Of a DNA stretch of 64,000 nucleotides, positions 49,916 through 59,047 are shown piece by piece. Source of the stretch: an uncultured Acidimicrobiia bacterium (GTDB lineage Bacteria > Actinomycetota > Acidimicrobiia > Spongiisociales > JAENVV01); contig CAVOQP010000006.1 in assembly GCA_963698385.1 (NCBI GenBank), positions 880,589-944,588 on the forward strand. Reading direction: 5' to 3'. The number at the start of each line of letters is the position of its first letter. Positions within the stretch are counted from its first letter, which is position 1. The notes under the pieces are model-generated. The model ran no database searches. It was not told where the DNA came from and worked only from the letters and a program-made list of their open reading frames with translations. The position numbers and the translations under genes were made by a program.

Positions 49916-50625
49916 AGCTTGCGCAACGAATCCTGACGGTCCTCGCCCTTGCGGCGATCATCACGGGTCTCGTCCTTGCCATGAACACCGAGCCCGACGC
50001 AGTGCAGGGCGAGTTCGCCCGCGTGTTCCACGTGCACGTCCCATCCGCCTGGCTGGCATTCCTGGCCTTCGGGGTGACACTGCTGGGCTCGATCGGGTGG
50101 CTGATCTGGCGGAAACCCGCGGCCGACCACCTGGCCGCCGCCTCGGCTGAGATCGGGGTCTTCTTCACCGGCCTCGCGCTCGTCACCGGCATGATCTGGG
50201 GATACCCCGTGTGGGGCGTCGCCTGGGACTGGGGAGACGCTCGGCTGGTCTCCACCGCGGTGATGTTCTTCGTCTATGTCGGTTACCTCGCCCTCCGGAG
50301 AGCGATCCCCGACCCGGTCGTACGCGCCACCCGCTCGGCGGTGCTCGGATCCCTCGCCTTCCTGCTGGTGCCTGCCGTCTACTTCTCGGTCGAGATCTTC
50401 CGGACGCTGCATCAGGGCATGACGATCACCCCCCAGGGCGCGTCGATGAGTTCTGAGATGCTGGTCGCCTTCCTCGTCAACCTCATGGCGTTCACGATCC
50501 TCTACCTGGCGTTCCTCGTCAGCCGCACCCGCCTGGCATTCGCCCAGGCGGAGGCCGCGGCGAGTCGACCGGTGTCGGGGCTGGGCGACGTCGAACCTCC
50601 CGACCTGGGGGCCATCCGTGGCTGA
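49912..50625 (+). CDS. ccmC: heme exporter protein CcmC
   Basis: GTG start overlapping ccmB stop; W-rich motif VWGVAWDWGDARL (WxWD-type heme-handling motif); conserved His residues. Confidence 0.8.
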   Translation: MKLAQRILTVLALAAIITGLVLAMNTEPDAVQGEFARVFHVHVPSAWLAFLAFGVTLLGSIGWLIWRKPAADHLAAASAEIGVFFTGLALVTGMIWGYPVWGVAWDWGDARLVSTAVMFFVYVGYLALRRAIPDPVVRATRSAVLGSLAFLLVPAVYFSVEIFRTLHQGMTITPQGASMSSEMLVAFLVNLMAFTILYLAFLVSRTRLAFAQAEAAASRPVSGLGDVEPPDLGAIRG

Positions 50626-50719
50626 GGGTTGGGTCACGTTTGCCTACGTCGTCGTATACGGCTTCATCGTCGGGTATGGCGTCTCGTTGGCGGTTCGCTG
50701 GCGGAGGCTCCGCAAGTGA
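50618..50719 (+). CDS. ccmD: heme exporter protein CcmD-like small membrane protein (33 aa; not in ORF track)
   Basis: VAEGWVTFAYVVVYGFIVGYGVSLAVRWRRLRK: single TM helix followed by basic tail, GTG start overlapping ccmC end, GTGA overlap with ccmE start. Confidence 0.6.
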   Translation: MAEGWVTFAYVVVYGFIVGYGVSLAVRWRRLRK

Positions 50720-51144
50720 CACAGCCGGACCGACCCGGGCCTGCCGCGGGCCGGCGCCTCTTCGTCGTCGGGGCCGTGCTGGCCATCGTCGCGCTCGCCG
50801 CCGTGCTCCTCAACCAACTCTTGGCAGAGAACTCCGTCCTCTACCTCGAGCCGCGGGAGGCCCTCGACCAACGAGATGAACTCCCCGATGGTGAGGCATT
50901 CCGACTCGGCGGGTGGATCGTCCCCGGCAGCCTGTCAGATGGTGGCGGAACACTCACCTTCGAGGTGACCGACTTCGCCGAGGTGATCCCGGTTCGCACC
51001 GGGGCCACTCCACCCCAACTGTTCGGAGAGGACATCCCGGTCCTGCTCGACGGCGCCTTCGAGGGCGACACTTTCGTGGCCACCGGGATCATCCTTCGTC
51101 ACGAGGAGAACTACCAGCCGCCGGAGGACGAGGCAGACGAATGA
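50716..51144 (+). CDS. ccmE: cytochrome c-type biogenesis heme chaperone CcmE
   Basis: N-terminal TM then LRHEENYQPP-like C-terminus; FRLGGWIVPGSL...GTLTFEVTD OB-fold region; position in locus. Confidence 0.75.
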   Translation: MTQPDRPGPAAGRRLFVVGAVLAIVALAAVLLNQLLAENSVLYLEPREALDQRDELPDGEAFRLGGWIVPGSLSDGGGTLTFEVTDFAEVIPVRTGATPPQLFGEDIPVLLDGAFEGDTFVATGIILRHEENYQPPEDEADE

Positions 51145-53135
51145 TCGCCCTCATCGGCCTCCTCGGGGTGCTGGCGGGGGTAGTCGGTGGGCTCTGGCTG
51201 GCCACTGCGGCGTTCTCCTCGGCCCGGGAAGCAACCCCGGACCTCCGCCGTCCGGTCGGGTTCCTCCTCTCGGGAGCGATCATCTCGATGCTCGCGCTCG
51301 TCGCCGGCCTCCTCACCGATGACTTCTCCATCGCCTACGTGGCCAACCACAGCGCCGCCTCGACGCCGTTTGTCTTCAAGGTGGCCTCGGCGTGGGGGGC
51401 CCTTGAAGGGTCGATCGTCCTGTGGGGCCTCGTGCTCGCGACAGCGGTGTGGTGGTCGCTGCGATCCCGACGCGACGCCCTCGACCGACTCGACGTCCTC
51501 GCGCTGGGAGTCATGGGGGTCGTAGCGGTCTTCTTCTTCGGGCTCATGGCGACCGTCGCCAATCCATTCGAGGTCTGCACGATCCCGGCGAGCATCGGAT
51601 GTGCGGACTCGTCGTGGTGGCCGTTCGTCGCGGGTAGCGCACCCGCCCAGGGCCGCGGCCCCAATCCGCTCCTTCAGAACCACATCCTCATGGCCATCCA
51701 TCCCCCGATGCTGTACCTCGGGTACGTCGGACTCACCGCCCCATTCAGCTACGCCATTGCCGCCCTGCTCGTCGGCACCCCCGGCGTGGCGTGGGTGACC
51801 CGCACCCGTCGCCTCACGCTGCTGGCCTGGGCCTTCCTGACGATCGGCATCCTCCTCGGTGCATGGTGGTCGTACGAGGTGCTCGGCTGGGGCGGCTACT
51901 GGGGATGGGACCCCGTGGAGAACGCATCGCTGCTTCCCTGGATCACCGCGACGGCCTTCCTCCACTCCTCGGCCGTCCAGGTCCGGCGGGGAGCGCTCCA
52001 GGCCTGGAACTTCGTCCTCGTGATCGCGTCGTTCGCCCTCACCATCCTCGGTACGTTCCTCACGCGATCCGGGGTGATCACCTCGGTTCACTCCTTCACC
52101 CAATCGGCCATCAGTCCACTCCTGCTCGGGTTTTTCGTGGTGGTGATCGTCGGCGGCCTCGGCCTCTTCGCCCTTCGCTCGCACCTCGTGGCCACACCCG
52201 GCACGGTCGACGAGCCGATCAGCCGAGCAGGAGGCCTCCTCGTCAACAACATCCTGCTCTCGGCATGGGCGGTCACGGTGCTGATCGGAACCGTGTACCC
52301 GATCCTCGTGGAAGCCTTTGCCACCCGGACCGTGGGCGTTGGACGAGGCTTCTTCGACGCCACCACGATCCCCCTCGCCTTCACGTTGCTCCTTGTGATG
52401 GGATTCGGCGAGGTCGCCCCATGGAAGAAGGCCGCGTGGTCGACGGTCCGGGGCCGGATGGCGCTCCCAGCCCAGGTCGCGCTCGGGGTGGGAGCCGGGG
52501 CGGTCCTCCTCGGTGTTCGCTCCCGAGGAGCCCTGACGGCCATCACCTTGGCCGTCTTCGTGGCTGTCCCACCCATCAAGGAACTCGTACGCCTCACACG
52601 GACCCGGGCCGGGAAGGGGACGCCGGCGCTCGCCGCCCTGCTCGGCATCGTGCGCCGCGACCGGGGGTATTGGGGCGGCATGCTCTCCCATCTGGGGATT
52701 GCCGTCATCGTGATCGGGATTGCCGGCTCCGGGGGTTTGGCCACGACCCACCGGGAGGTCGAACTGCCCCGAAACGAGACGGTCGTCGTCGGCGACTACT
52801 CGCTCTCCTTCACCGGCGGATTCACGACGACCGAGCCACAACGAACCGTCACCGGGGCAACCATCGAACTACGCCGGGACGGCGACCTGGTCACGCTCCT
52901 GCGGCCGACGATCAACGACTACCGGGTGCAGGCCGTCCCAACACCCGCCGTCGACACCTCGATCACCCGGGATGTCTATGTCTCTCTGCGCTCCATCGAT
53001 GGCAGTCGAGCCATCGTCGACATGCACGTCTTCCCACTCCAATGGATGGTCTGGGTTGGCGGCTTCCTGGTGGCGTCCGGCGGTTTCTGGGCGCTGTCGA
53101 GCCGCACCCGGGAGCGTGAGGTCGCACGGGCATGA
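51141..53135 (+). CDS. ccmF: cytochrome c-type biogenesis protein CcmF (heme lyase)
   Basis: 664 aa polytopic; W-rich motif LGWGGYWGWDPVENASLLPW; conserved His. Confidence 0.85.
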   Translation: MIALIGLLGVLAGVVGGLWLATAAFSSAREATPDLRRPVGFLLSGAIISMLALVAGLLTDDFSIAYVANHSAASTPFVFKVASAWGALEGSIVLWGLVLATAVWWSLRSRRDALDRLDVLALGVMGVVAVFFFGLMATVANPFEVCTIPASIGCADSSWWPFVAGSAPAQGRGPNPLLQNHILMAIHPPMLYLGYVGLTAPFSYAIAALLVGTPGVAWVTRTRRLTLLAWAFLTIGILLGAWWSYEVLGWGGYWGWDPVENASLLPWITATAFLHSSAVQVRRGALQAWNFVLVIASFALTILGTFLTRSGVITSVHSFTQSAISPLLLGFFVVVIVGGLGLFALRSHLVATPGTVDEPISRAGGLLVNNILLSAWAVTVLIGTVYPILVEAFATRTVGVGRGFFDATTIPLAFTLLLVMGFGEVAPWKKAAWSTVRGRMALPAQVALGVGAGAVLLGVRSRGALTAITLAVFVAVPPIKELVRLTRTRAGKGTPALAALLGIVRRDRGYWGGMLSHLGIAVIVIGIAGSGGLATTHREVELPRNETVVVGDYSLSFTGGFTTTEPQRTVTGATIELRRDGDLVTLLRPTINDYRVQAVPTPAVDTSITRDVYVSLRSIDGSRAIVDMHVFPLQWMVWVGGFLVASGGFWALSSRTREREVARA

Positions 53136-54109
53136 CCGCCCGTCGCCTCGCCAGTTGGACATTCACCGTCGTCGCCGCCGGGATCCTGCTGTGGGGGATG
53201 ATCGCCGTCCAGGGTGGTGACATCGACCCGCTCGCCATCGGGGACAAGATCGCCTGCCCGAAGTGCGAGGGCGAGTCGATCGCCGCGTCCCAGACGCAGA
53301 CCGCCCGGGCGATGATGGTCATCGTCGAGGAGCGCATCGCCGAGGGACTGTCCGAGCGTGAGATCCTCGACTGGTTCGCAGCCCGGTACGGGCCTGACAT
53401 CGTCCTCGAGCCCCCGCTCGACCTCGGAGGGTTGGCGCTGTGGGCGATCCCCATGGTCGTGGTGGCGGGCGGGGCGATTGTCGCCGTCCGCTCCTCGAAG
53501 GGACGGCAAGAGGAACCAGACTCCGCACCCTCCGGGCGTCGTAGCCTCGTGGTGCTTGGCGTGGCCGCGCTGGTCCTGACCGGCCTCGCGTTCGGTATCG
53601 GGCAGTTCGTTCAACCCCGAGCCGCCGGCTCGGCGGTGAGCGGGAACCTCGAGGTGGGCACCAGCACCGACCTCGACGGTGTGAGCAATGCCGAGATGGA
53701 GGAATTGCTCCAGCAGTTCGCCGGGATCCCGGAGGCCAACCGAATGCGCCTCGCGCTTGCGCGGAGGTACTTCGAGGAAACGAACTACTCGAAAGCCGTC
53801 GAGCACTTCCAACTCGTCCTCGGCAACGACCCAACGCCATTGGAGGCGAGTGAGGCACTCGGCCGGATCGGCTGGATCCTCTTCGCCAACGGCGAGCTCG
53901 CGGCGGCGGAATCGGCCTATGTCCAAGCGCTCGACGCCCTGCCCGGGAACGGAGAGGCGAAGTGGTTCTACGCCATCCTCCTGGTCGATTCCGACCGCGG
54001 CCCGGAGGCCGTGCCCCTCCTGGAGGAGCTCCTGGCGGACGAGACCGTTCCGCCGGAGATCATGACGGAGATCGAAGTCCTTCTCGACCAGGCCAAGGTG
54101 GGCACGTGA
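53132..54109 (+). CDS. ccmH: cytochrome c-type biogenesis protein CcmH (CxxC) with C-terminal TPR (CcmI-like) domain
   Basis: CPKCEGES redox motif after N-terminal TM; second TM; TPR-like C-terminus. Confidence 0.75.
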   Translation: MTARRLASWTFTVVAAGILLWGMIAVQGGDIDPLAIGDKIACPKCEGESIAASQTQTARAMMVIVEERIAEGLSEREILDWFAARYGPDIVLEPPLDLGGLALWAIPMVVVAGGAIVAVRSSKGRQEEPDSAPSGRRSLVVLGVAALVLTGLAFGIGQFVQPRAAGSAVSGNLEVGTSTDLDGVSNAEMEELLQQFAGIPEANRMRLALARRYFEETNYSKAVEHFQLVLGNDPTPLEASEALGRIGWILFANGELAAAESAYVQALDALPGNGEAKWFYAILLVDSDRGPEAVPLLEELLADETVPPEIMTEIEVLLDQAKVGT

Positions 54110-54675
54110 AGCGTTGGCCCACATGGGTGGCGATCGGCGTGATCGTCGTATTCGCCGGGTTCATGGCTGGACGCCTTGGCCTCGGCGAGTCCATCCCCGA
54201 GTCGCCGCTCATCGGCTCCCCCGTCACCGACATGGAACTCCCACTCCTCGAGGAGGAAGGCAGCATCCGACTCACCGACTACGCGGGGAAGATCGTCGTC
54301 GCCAACTTCTGGGCCTCGTGGTGCACCCCGTGTCGTGAGGAGCATCCGGCGTTCGTGGCAGCAGCCGACCTCTACGCCGGTGAAGGCGTCCAGTTCGTGG
54401 CCATCAACCATGAGGACCCGGGCGACGCCGGCAGCCGCTTCCTGGACGCATACGGCCGAAGCATCCACCAGGTGGTCGTGAGGGACGAGGGCAGCCGGGC
54501 GGGGATCGAGTTCGGTGTATTCGGCCTCCCGGAGACCTTCTTCATCGATGGCAAGGGAATCATCGTCGGTCGGGTCGCGGGGGCGATCGACCTGCCGATT
54601 CTCATCGACTTCATCACCCAGATCCAGGCGGGCGACGCCCCCGGGGAGCTGGACGGCATCGTTTACCGGCCGTAG
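54106..54675 (+). CDS. ccmG: thiol:disulfide oxidoreductase CcmG/DsbE (TlpA family)
   Basis: WASWCTPCREEHP active site; GTGA overlap with ccmH. Confidence 0.8.
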   Translation: MKRWPTWVAIGVIVVFAGFMAGRLGLGESIPESPLIGSPVTDMELPLLEEEGSIRLTDYAGKIVVANFWASWCTPCREEHPAFVAAADLYAGEGVQFVAINHEDPGDAGSRFLDAYGRSIHQVVVRDEGSRAGIEFGVFGLPETFFIDGKGIIVGRVAGAIDLPILIDFITQIQAGDAPGELDGIVYRP

Positions 54676-54720
54676 CGGTTCGTCGGCCAGTTGGTTGCCC
54701 GGCGCGTACACTCGCCCGCC

Positions 54721-55857
54721 ATGCCATCTCCCACAGGACCCCTCTCTGGTCTCCTCGTCGCCGACTTCTCGCGGATCGTCGCCGGCCCGCTCGCAGCCCA
54801 GATCCTCGGTGATCTCGGGGCCGAGGTCATCAAGGTGGAACACCCGGATGGGGATGACCCCCGGCGTTGGGGTCCCCCGTGGACGGAGGACGGCGTCTCG
54901 ACCTACTTCCTGGCGGCCAACCGCAACAAGCGGTCGATCCGGCTCGACCTCAAGGATCCTGCAGACCTCGCACTGGCCCACACGTTGGCGGAACGGGCCG
55001 ATGTGCTCCTCGAGAACATGAAGCCCGGCGGAATGGATGGTCTGGGATTCGGCTACGGCGACGTGGTGGCGGCCAACCCTGGACTGATCTACGTCTCGCT
55101 CTCCGGGTACGGGTCGAGGAGCGTTCGGCCCGGCTACGACTTTCTTCTCCAGGCCGAGTCGGGGCTCATGAGCACCACGGGGACCGCCGACGGTCAGCGT
55201 CTCAAGGTCGGGGTGCCCGCGGTGGACATCTTCGCCGCCCACTACGCGACCATCGGGGCGTGCGCAGCCCTCTTCGAGAGGGAGACGTCGGGGGTCGGCC
55301 AGCACGTCGAGCTCAGCCTCATGGGGGCCGCCCAGGCAAGCCTTCTCAACCAAGCGTCGGCATGGCTCAACGGAGGCGTGGTGCCCCACCCGATGGGCAA
55401 CAGCCATCCTTCCATCACGCCCTACGAGCCCTTCGAGGCGACGGACGGGACGTTCGTCGTTGCGACTGCCAGCGAGCCGCAGTGGCGGAGCCTGTGTGAA
55501 ATCCTCGGACTTGAGGATCTCATCGCCGACTCCCGCTATCGCACGAATGCCGATCGAGTGGAGCATCGGGCCGAGCTGCTACGGATCCTGGGCGAGCGGT
55601 TCGCAACCAGGCCACGGTCTGCTTGGATCGCGGACCTGGCGGATGCGGGCATTCCGTGTGGCGCTGTCAATGACATCCCCGGGGGCCTCGCCTTGGCCGT
55701 GACCGAGGGAGTGGAGCCGACGATCGAACTGGGAGGCCGCAAGGGCATCGCCAGCCCACTGGGATTCTCCCGCACACCGGTCTCCTACCGCTTGCCGCCC
55801 CCGGGGCTTGGCGAGCACGACGGCGAGCTACGCGCCTGGCTGTCAGAACCAACCTGA
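54721..55857 (+). CDS. CoA-transferase family III (CaiB/BaiF) protein
   Basis: LSGLLVADFSRIVAGP N-terminus, conserved Asp region typical of family III CoA-transferases. Confidence 0.75.
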   Translation: MPSPTGPLSGLLVADFSRIVAGPLAAQILGDLGAEVIKVEHPDGDDPRRWGPPWTEDGVSTYFLAANRNKRSIRLDLKDPADLALAHTLAERADVLLENMKPGGMDGLGFGYGDVVAANPGLIYVSLSGYGSRSVRPGYDFLLQAESGLMSTTGTADGQRLKVGVPAVDIFAAHYATIGACAALFERETSGVGQHVELSLMGAAQASLLNQASAWLNGGVVPHPMGNSHPSITPYEPFEATDGTFVVATASEPQWRSLCEILGLEDLIADSRYRTNADRVEHRAELLRILGERFATRPRSAWIADLADAGIPCGAVNDIPGGLALAVTEGVEPTIELGGRKGIASPLGFSRTPVSYRLPPPGLGEHDGELRAWLSEPT

Positions 55858-55864
55858 CCCCTGG

Positions 55865-56572
55865 TCACGCCAACCGGTGCTCCTGCAGGAACGGGAGGTC
55901 TGCGACGATCTCCCCGATATCGCCGTCCCGGACGACGCGGCCACGGTCCAGCACGATCGCCCGAGTACACAGCGCGTGGGCAAGGTCGAGGTGATGGGTG
56001 ACGAGGAGGAGTGCCTCCGGGAGGTCTGCCAGGAGGTGTGTGAGCTCACGTCGACCGGCGGGGTCGAGGCCTGATGAGGGTTCGTCCATGATGAGGAGCC
56101 GGGGCCGCATCGCCAGGACGCCGGCGATCGCCACCCTCCGTCGCTCACCTGCTGAGAGGTGGTGGGGAGCTCGTCCCGCGAGGTGGGCAGCCCCGACCCT
56201 GGCCAGGTTCTCTCGAACCACTTCGACCAGCTCCTCCCCTGTCACCCCGTAGTTGGCGGGTCCGAAGGCCACATCGTCTCGCACAGTGGGCATGAAAAGC
56301 TGATCGTTGGGGTCCTGGAAGACCAGCCCGACATGGCGACGAAGCTCGAACGCCGAATCCGCGGTGAGCTTCTCATCGACGATCTCGACGGTGCCGGCGG
56401 TGGGAAGGACAACCCCCATCAACGCCAACACGAGTGTCGTCTTGCCGGCGCCATTCGGTCCGAGGAGCGCCACCCGCTCGCCCTCTTCGATCGAGAACCC
56501 GACGTCCACCAGCGCCACCTCACCGCCCGGGAATGTGTGCCCAACCCGCTCGACTGACACGAGCCTGCTCAC
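55865..56572 (-). CDS. ECF transporter ATP-binding protein (CbiO/NikO/EcfA)
   Basis: Walker A GPNGAGKTT, signature LSAGERRRV, Walker B LLIMDEPSSGLD; GTGA overlap with Q-component. Confidence 0.8.
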   Translation of the reverse strand: MSRLVSVERVGHTFPGGEVALVDVGFSIEEGERVALLGPNGAGKTTLVLALMGVVLPTAGTVEIVDEKLTADSAFELRRHVGLVFQDPNDQLFMPTVRDDVAFGPANYGVTGEELVEVVRENLARVGAAHLAGRAPHHLSAGERRRVAIAGVLAMRPRLLIMDEPSSGLDPAGRRELTHLLADLPEALLLVTHHLDLAHALCTRAIVLDRGRVVRDGDIGEIVADLPFLQEHRLA

Positions 56573-57330
56573 AGCGCCACCGCCACGGCCGCGGCAAGCA
56601 CCGCCACCGACGGAAGGGCCAGACCGGCCCCCCAGTCGCCGAGTGATGCGGTCGCCCCGAACGGCGTCGGCATGACGCCTCGGTAGCCGCGGACCACCAT
56701 TGCAGCATGGATCCGCTCGCCACGTTCGAAGGCCCGGACCAGCATCGTGCCGACGAGCATCGCGAGTACCCGCACCGCACCCAGCCCGGTCGCCCGATAG
56801 CCGCGGACGGCGGCGGCAGTACGCATCCGTCCGAACTCGCCTGCGAGGACATCGAGGTAGCGGATCATGAACCCGGCGATCGCCACCAGGACGGCCGGCA
56901 GCTTGAGGCGGCTGAGCCCGGCAAGGATGTCGGGCACCTCGGTGGTGGCGGCCAGCACGACGGAGGCCCCAGTGCCCAGGGAGGCCCTGGCCAGGATCGA
57001 CCACGCCGACCACAGGCCCTCCCCGCTGAGCGCCACACCGAGGACGGCGACCCGGGGGTCGGGACCGACGAATGGCAGGAACGCGGCGAAGAGCACGAAT
57101 GGGACCTCCACCACCATCCGCCGGACAACGAAGCCCACGGCCAGTTCGGAGCGGGCAATGACGAACGCCAGGACGACCGCGTGAAGCCCAAAGGCCCAGA
57201 CGGCCGCCCTGGGTGTGGCGACAACAGCAGCAAGGAACAGGAGGAGCGCAGCCACTTTGACATGCGGGGCGAGGCCGTGGGCCCGACTGTGGCCGTGGAC
57301 GTAGAGAGCATGGGTGTGGAGACCGCTCAT
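56569..57330 (-). CDS. ECF transporter transmembrane component CbiQ/NikQ
   Basis: polytopic membrane protein between M/N and O components; ATGA overlaps both sides. Confidence 0.65.
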   Translation of the reverse strand: MSGLHTHALYVHGHSRAHGLAPHVKVAALLLFLAAVVATPRAAVWAFGLHAVVLAFVIARSELAVGFVVRRMVVEVPFVLFAAFLPFVGPDPRVAVLGVALSGEGLWSAWSILARASLGTGASVVLAATTEVPDILAGLSRLKLPAVLVAIAGFMIRYLDVLAGEFGRMRTAAAVRGYRATGLGAVRVLAMLVGTMLVRAFERGERIHAAMVVRGYRGVMPTPFGATASLGDWGAGLALPSVAVLAAAVAVAL

Positions 57331-58286
57331 CGGCCGGCCGGCCGACGGAGGAGTCGAGTGAGGCCCCACAAGAGCATCCCGGCGACGACTGCACCAACAA
57401 TGCCGGCCACCCCGACGGCCACGACATTGCTTTCGAGCCCGGGGAGTGCGTACCCCGCGAGTGGGCTATCGGACAATTGATGGTCCAGCGCTGCCTCGTC
57501 GAATCCGAGTTGGATGGCGACCCGCTGCAACCCGTCGGGTGACGACGCCGCGAATGGCGCCACCCCAAGCGCCAGCACCCCCACGAGGACGGCTCCCGCC
57601 ACGACAGCGCCCCGGTTGGTGGTCGACGGCTGGCCGTCCAGGCCACCGACCCCGACCGCGACATCCGGGCGAACCCGCATGAGGGCTCCGACGATCAAGG
57701 CACTGATGAGTCCCTCGCCGACCCCGATGACAAGGTGGACGGAGGTCATGGCCGCCAGTACGGATCCAAGGGGTGCTCCCCCTTGCCCTCCCAACGCGTA
57801 CTCGATGGAGAAGGCGACCGCTGATGCCACCACCGAAGCCAACCCCGCGAGGAACACCGCGACGGTCACGGCCCAGCGGCGGTCCGGGGTGACAGACCGA
57901 ACGAGCCGAAACACCGCCCAGCCGACCAGGACGGTGACGACGGCCATGTTGAGCAGGTTCGACCCCAGGGCCGAGATCCCACCGTCGGCGAACACGAGTG
58001 CCTGCACTCCGACCACGACGGTGAGCACGAGGACACCCAGCCACGGGCCGAGGAGGACTGCAGCGAGCGCCCCTCCCAGGAGGTGCCCCGAGGTGCCGAA
58101 GGCAACGGGGAAGTTGAGCATCTGTAGGACGAAGATCATCGCGGCCGAGATGCCGGCCAGCGGGATCCGCCGGTCAGTGGAGAGTGATCGCCCTGACTGA
58201 CGGAGCGCAGCTCCGATGCCCCCCGCCGCCACGAGACCCGTGCCGATCGAGGTGGTCGCGTTCAGGAATCCATCCGGTATGTGCAC
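57327..58286 (-). CDS. fused Ni/Co ECF transporter substrate-capture components CbiM-CbiN (NikMN-like)
   Basis: N-terminal MHIPDGFL metal-binding hallmark; about 320 aa with additional C-terminal TM pair consistent with fused N component. Confidence 0.8.
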   Translation of the reverse strand: MHIPDGFLNATTSIGTGLVAAGGIGAALRQSGRSLSTDRRIPLAGISAAMIFVLQMLNFPVAFGTSGHLLGGALAAVLLGPWLGVLVLTVVVGVQALVFADGGISALGSNLLNMAVVTVLVGWAVFRLVRSVTPDRRWAVTVAVFLAGLASVVASAVAFSIEYALGGQGGAPLGSVLAAMTSVHLVIGVGEGLISALIVGALMRVRPDVAVGVGGLDGQPSTTNRGAVVAGAVLVGVLALGVAPFAASSPDGLQRVAIQLGFDEAALDHQLSDSPLAGYALPGLESNVVAVGVAGIVGAVVAGMLLWGLTRLLRRPAGR

Positions 58287-58303
58287 CGTCGGAGCGTACC
58301 TTG

Positions 58304-58320
58304 TTGCAAGGGACTTGCAT
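58304..58320 (-). promoter_or_regulatory. Nur-box-like palindrome TTGCAA-gggac-TTGCAT 18-34 nt upstream of cbiM/nikM start; candidate operator for adjacent Fur-family regulator
   Basis: sequence read directly; resembles Streptomyces Nur consensus tcTTGCAA-N5-TTGCAAga as recalled. Confidence 0.4.
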
Positions 58321-58354
58321 TAGGGGACTGGATGGTGTCCCGGTGAGCTTGCGC

Positions 58355-58990
58355 CTATCCGTAGCTCGTGAGGGTGTCGAGCTTCTCTCGTACTCCGTCC
58401 TCACCGAGGGCGCCCGACCACTGGTCGACGATCACGCCGTTGAAGATCATCACCGTGACCGGCTGGTACGGGACCCCATAGGCCTCGAAGATGGCTTCCT
58501 CGGCGTCGAGCCCCCATTGGATCGCCCCGGCTCCGAGCAGTTCGTTCGCCTTGGCCAAGGTCTTCTCGAACGAACCCTTCCACGCGACCGCGACGAACGC
58601 GACCTCGTCTTCATAGTCCGCACTCACCTTGTCGACAACGGGCAACTCCCGTTGACAGGTGCCTCACCATTCGGCCCAGAACACCAGGTAGACGGGCCGG
58701 GCCTCCTCCGACAACGTGAACGAGCGACCGTCGCCCAATGCGAGGGTGAAATCGGGCGCAGGTGGACCGGCAGGGGGTGCAACCGTCTCGGCCGGCGGAG
58801 GGTCGGTCTCGGTCGGAGCAGGGCTCTCGAGGTCCGCCGGGGGTGACTCGGCTTGGCCGAGCGTGGACGGCGCCACCACCGCCGTCGAGGAACTGACGCC
58901 GCCCTCGGCGATCGAGTCCTGGGTGCTGGGGGCGGCACAGGCGACCGCCACGAGCAGGAGGGCAACGAGATGTGGGGCCCGGGGGGTCAT
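58355..58990 (-). CDS. TlpA/ResA-like thioredoxin-fold lipoprotein, candidate selenoprotein (in-frame UGA at 58664-58666 replacing first Cys of CxxC: FWAEW-U-GTC)
   Basis: two adjacent ORFs (58664-59044 and 58355-58645) are one continuous thioredoxin fold if TGA is read through; lipobox VAVAC; hairpin caacggg-agttg-cccgttg begins 9 nt 3' of UGA. Confidence 0.6.
58636..58654 (-). ncRNA. candidate bacterial SECIS hairpin (mRNA element) 9 nt downstream of the in-frame UGA
   Basis: perfect 7-bp stem CAACGGG/CCCGUUG with 5-nt loop AGUUG in coding mRNA. Confidence 0.45.
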
Positions 58991-59000
58991 ACCGACCACT

Positions 59001-59021
59001 CTATGGGTCGACACCCCATAG
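59001..59021. promoter_or_regulatory. inverted repeat CTATGGG-N7-CCCATAG in the fur-tlpA(Sec) intergenic region
   Basis: read directly; located 11-31 nt upstream of the tlpA start on the minus strand. Confidence 0.3.
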
Positions 59022-59047
59022 GGGTAGGACCCGAAGGACAACAATCC

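Noticed and set aside
58287-58354. Possible cobalamin or NiCo riboswitch upstream of cbiM/nikM
   Set aside because: The gap is only 68 nt, too short for either element; a Nur-box-like palindrome is the better explanation.
58716-59021. 101-aa plus-strand ORF opposite the Sec-thioredoxin N-terminus
   Set aside because: Antisense to a lipoprotein signal peptide and thioredoxin fold; no features.
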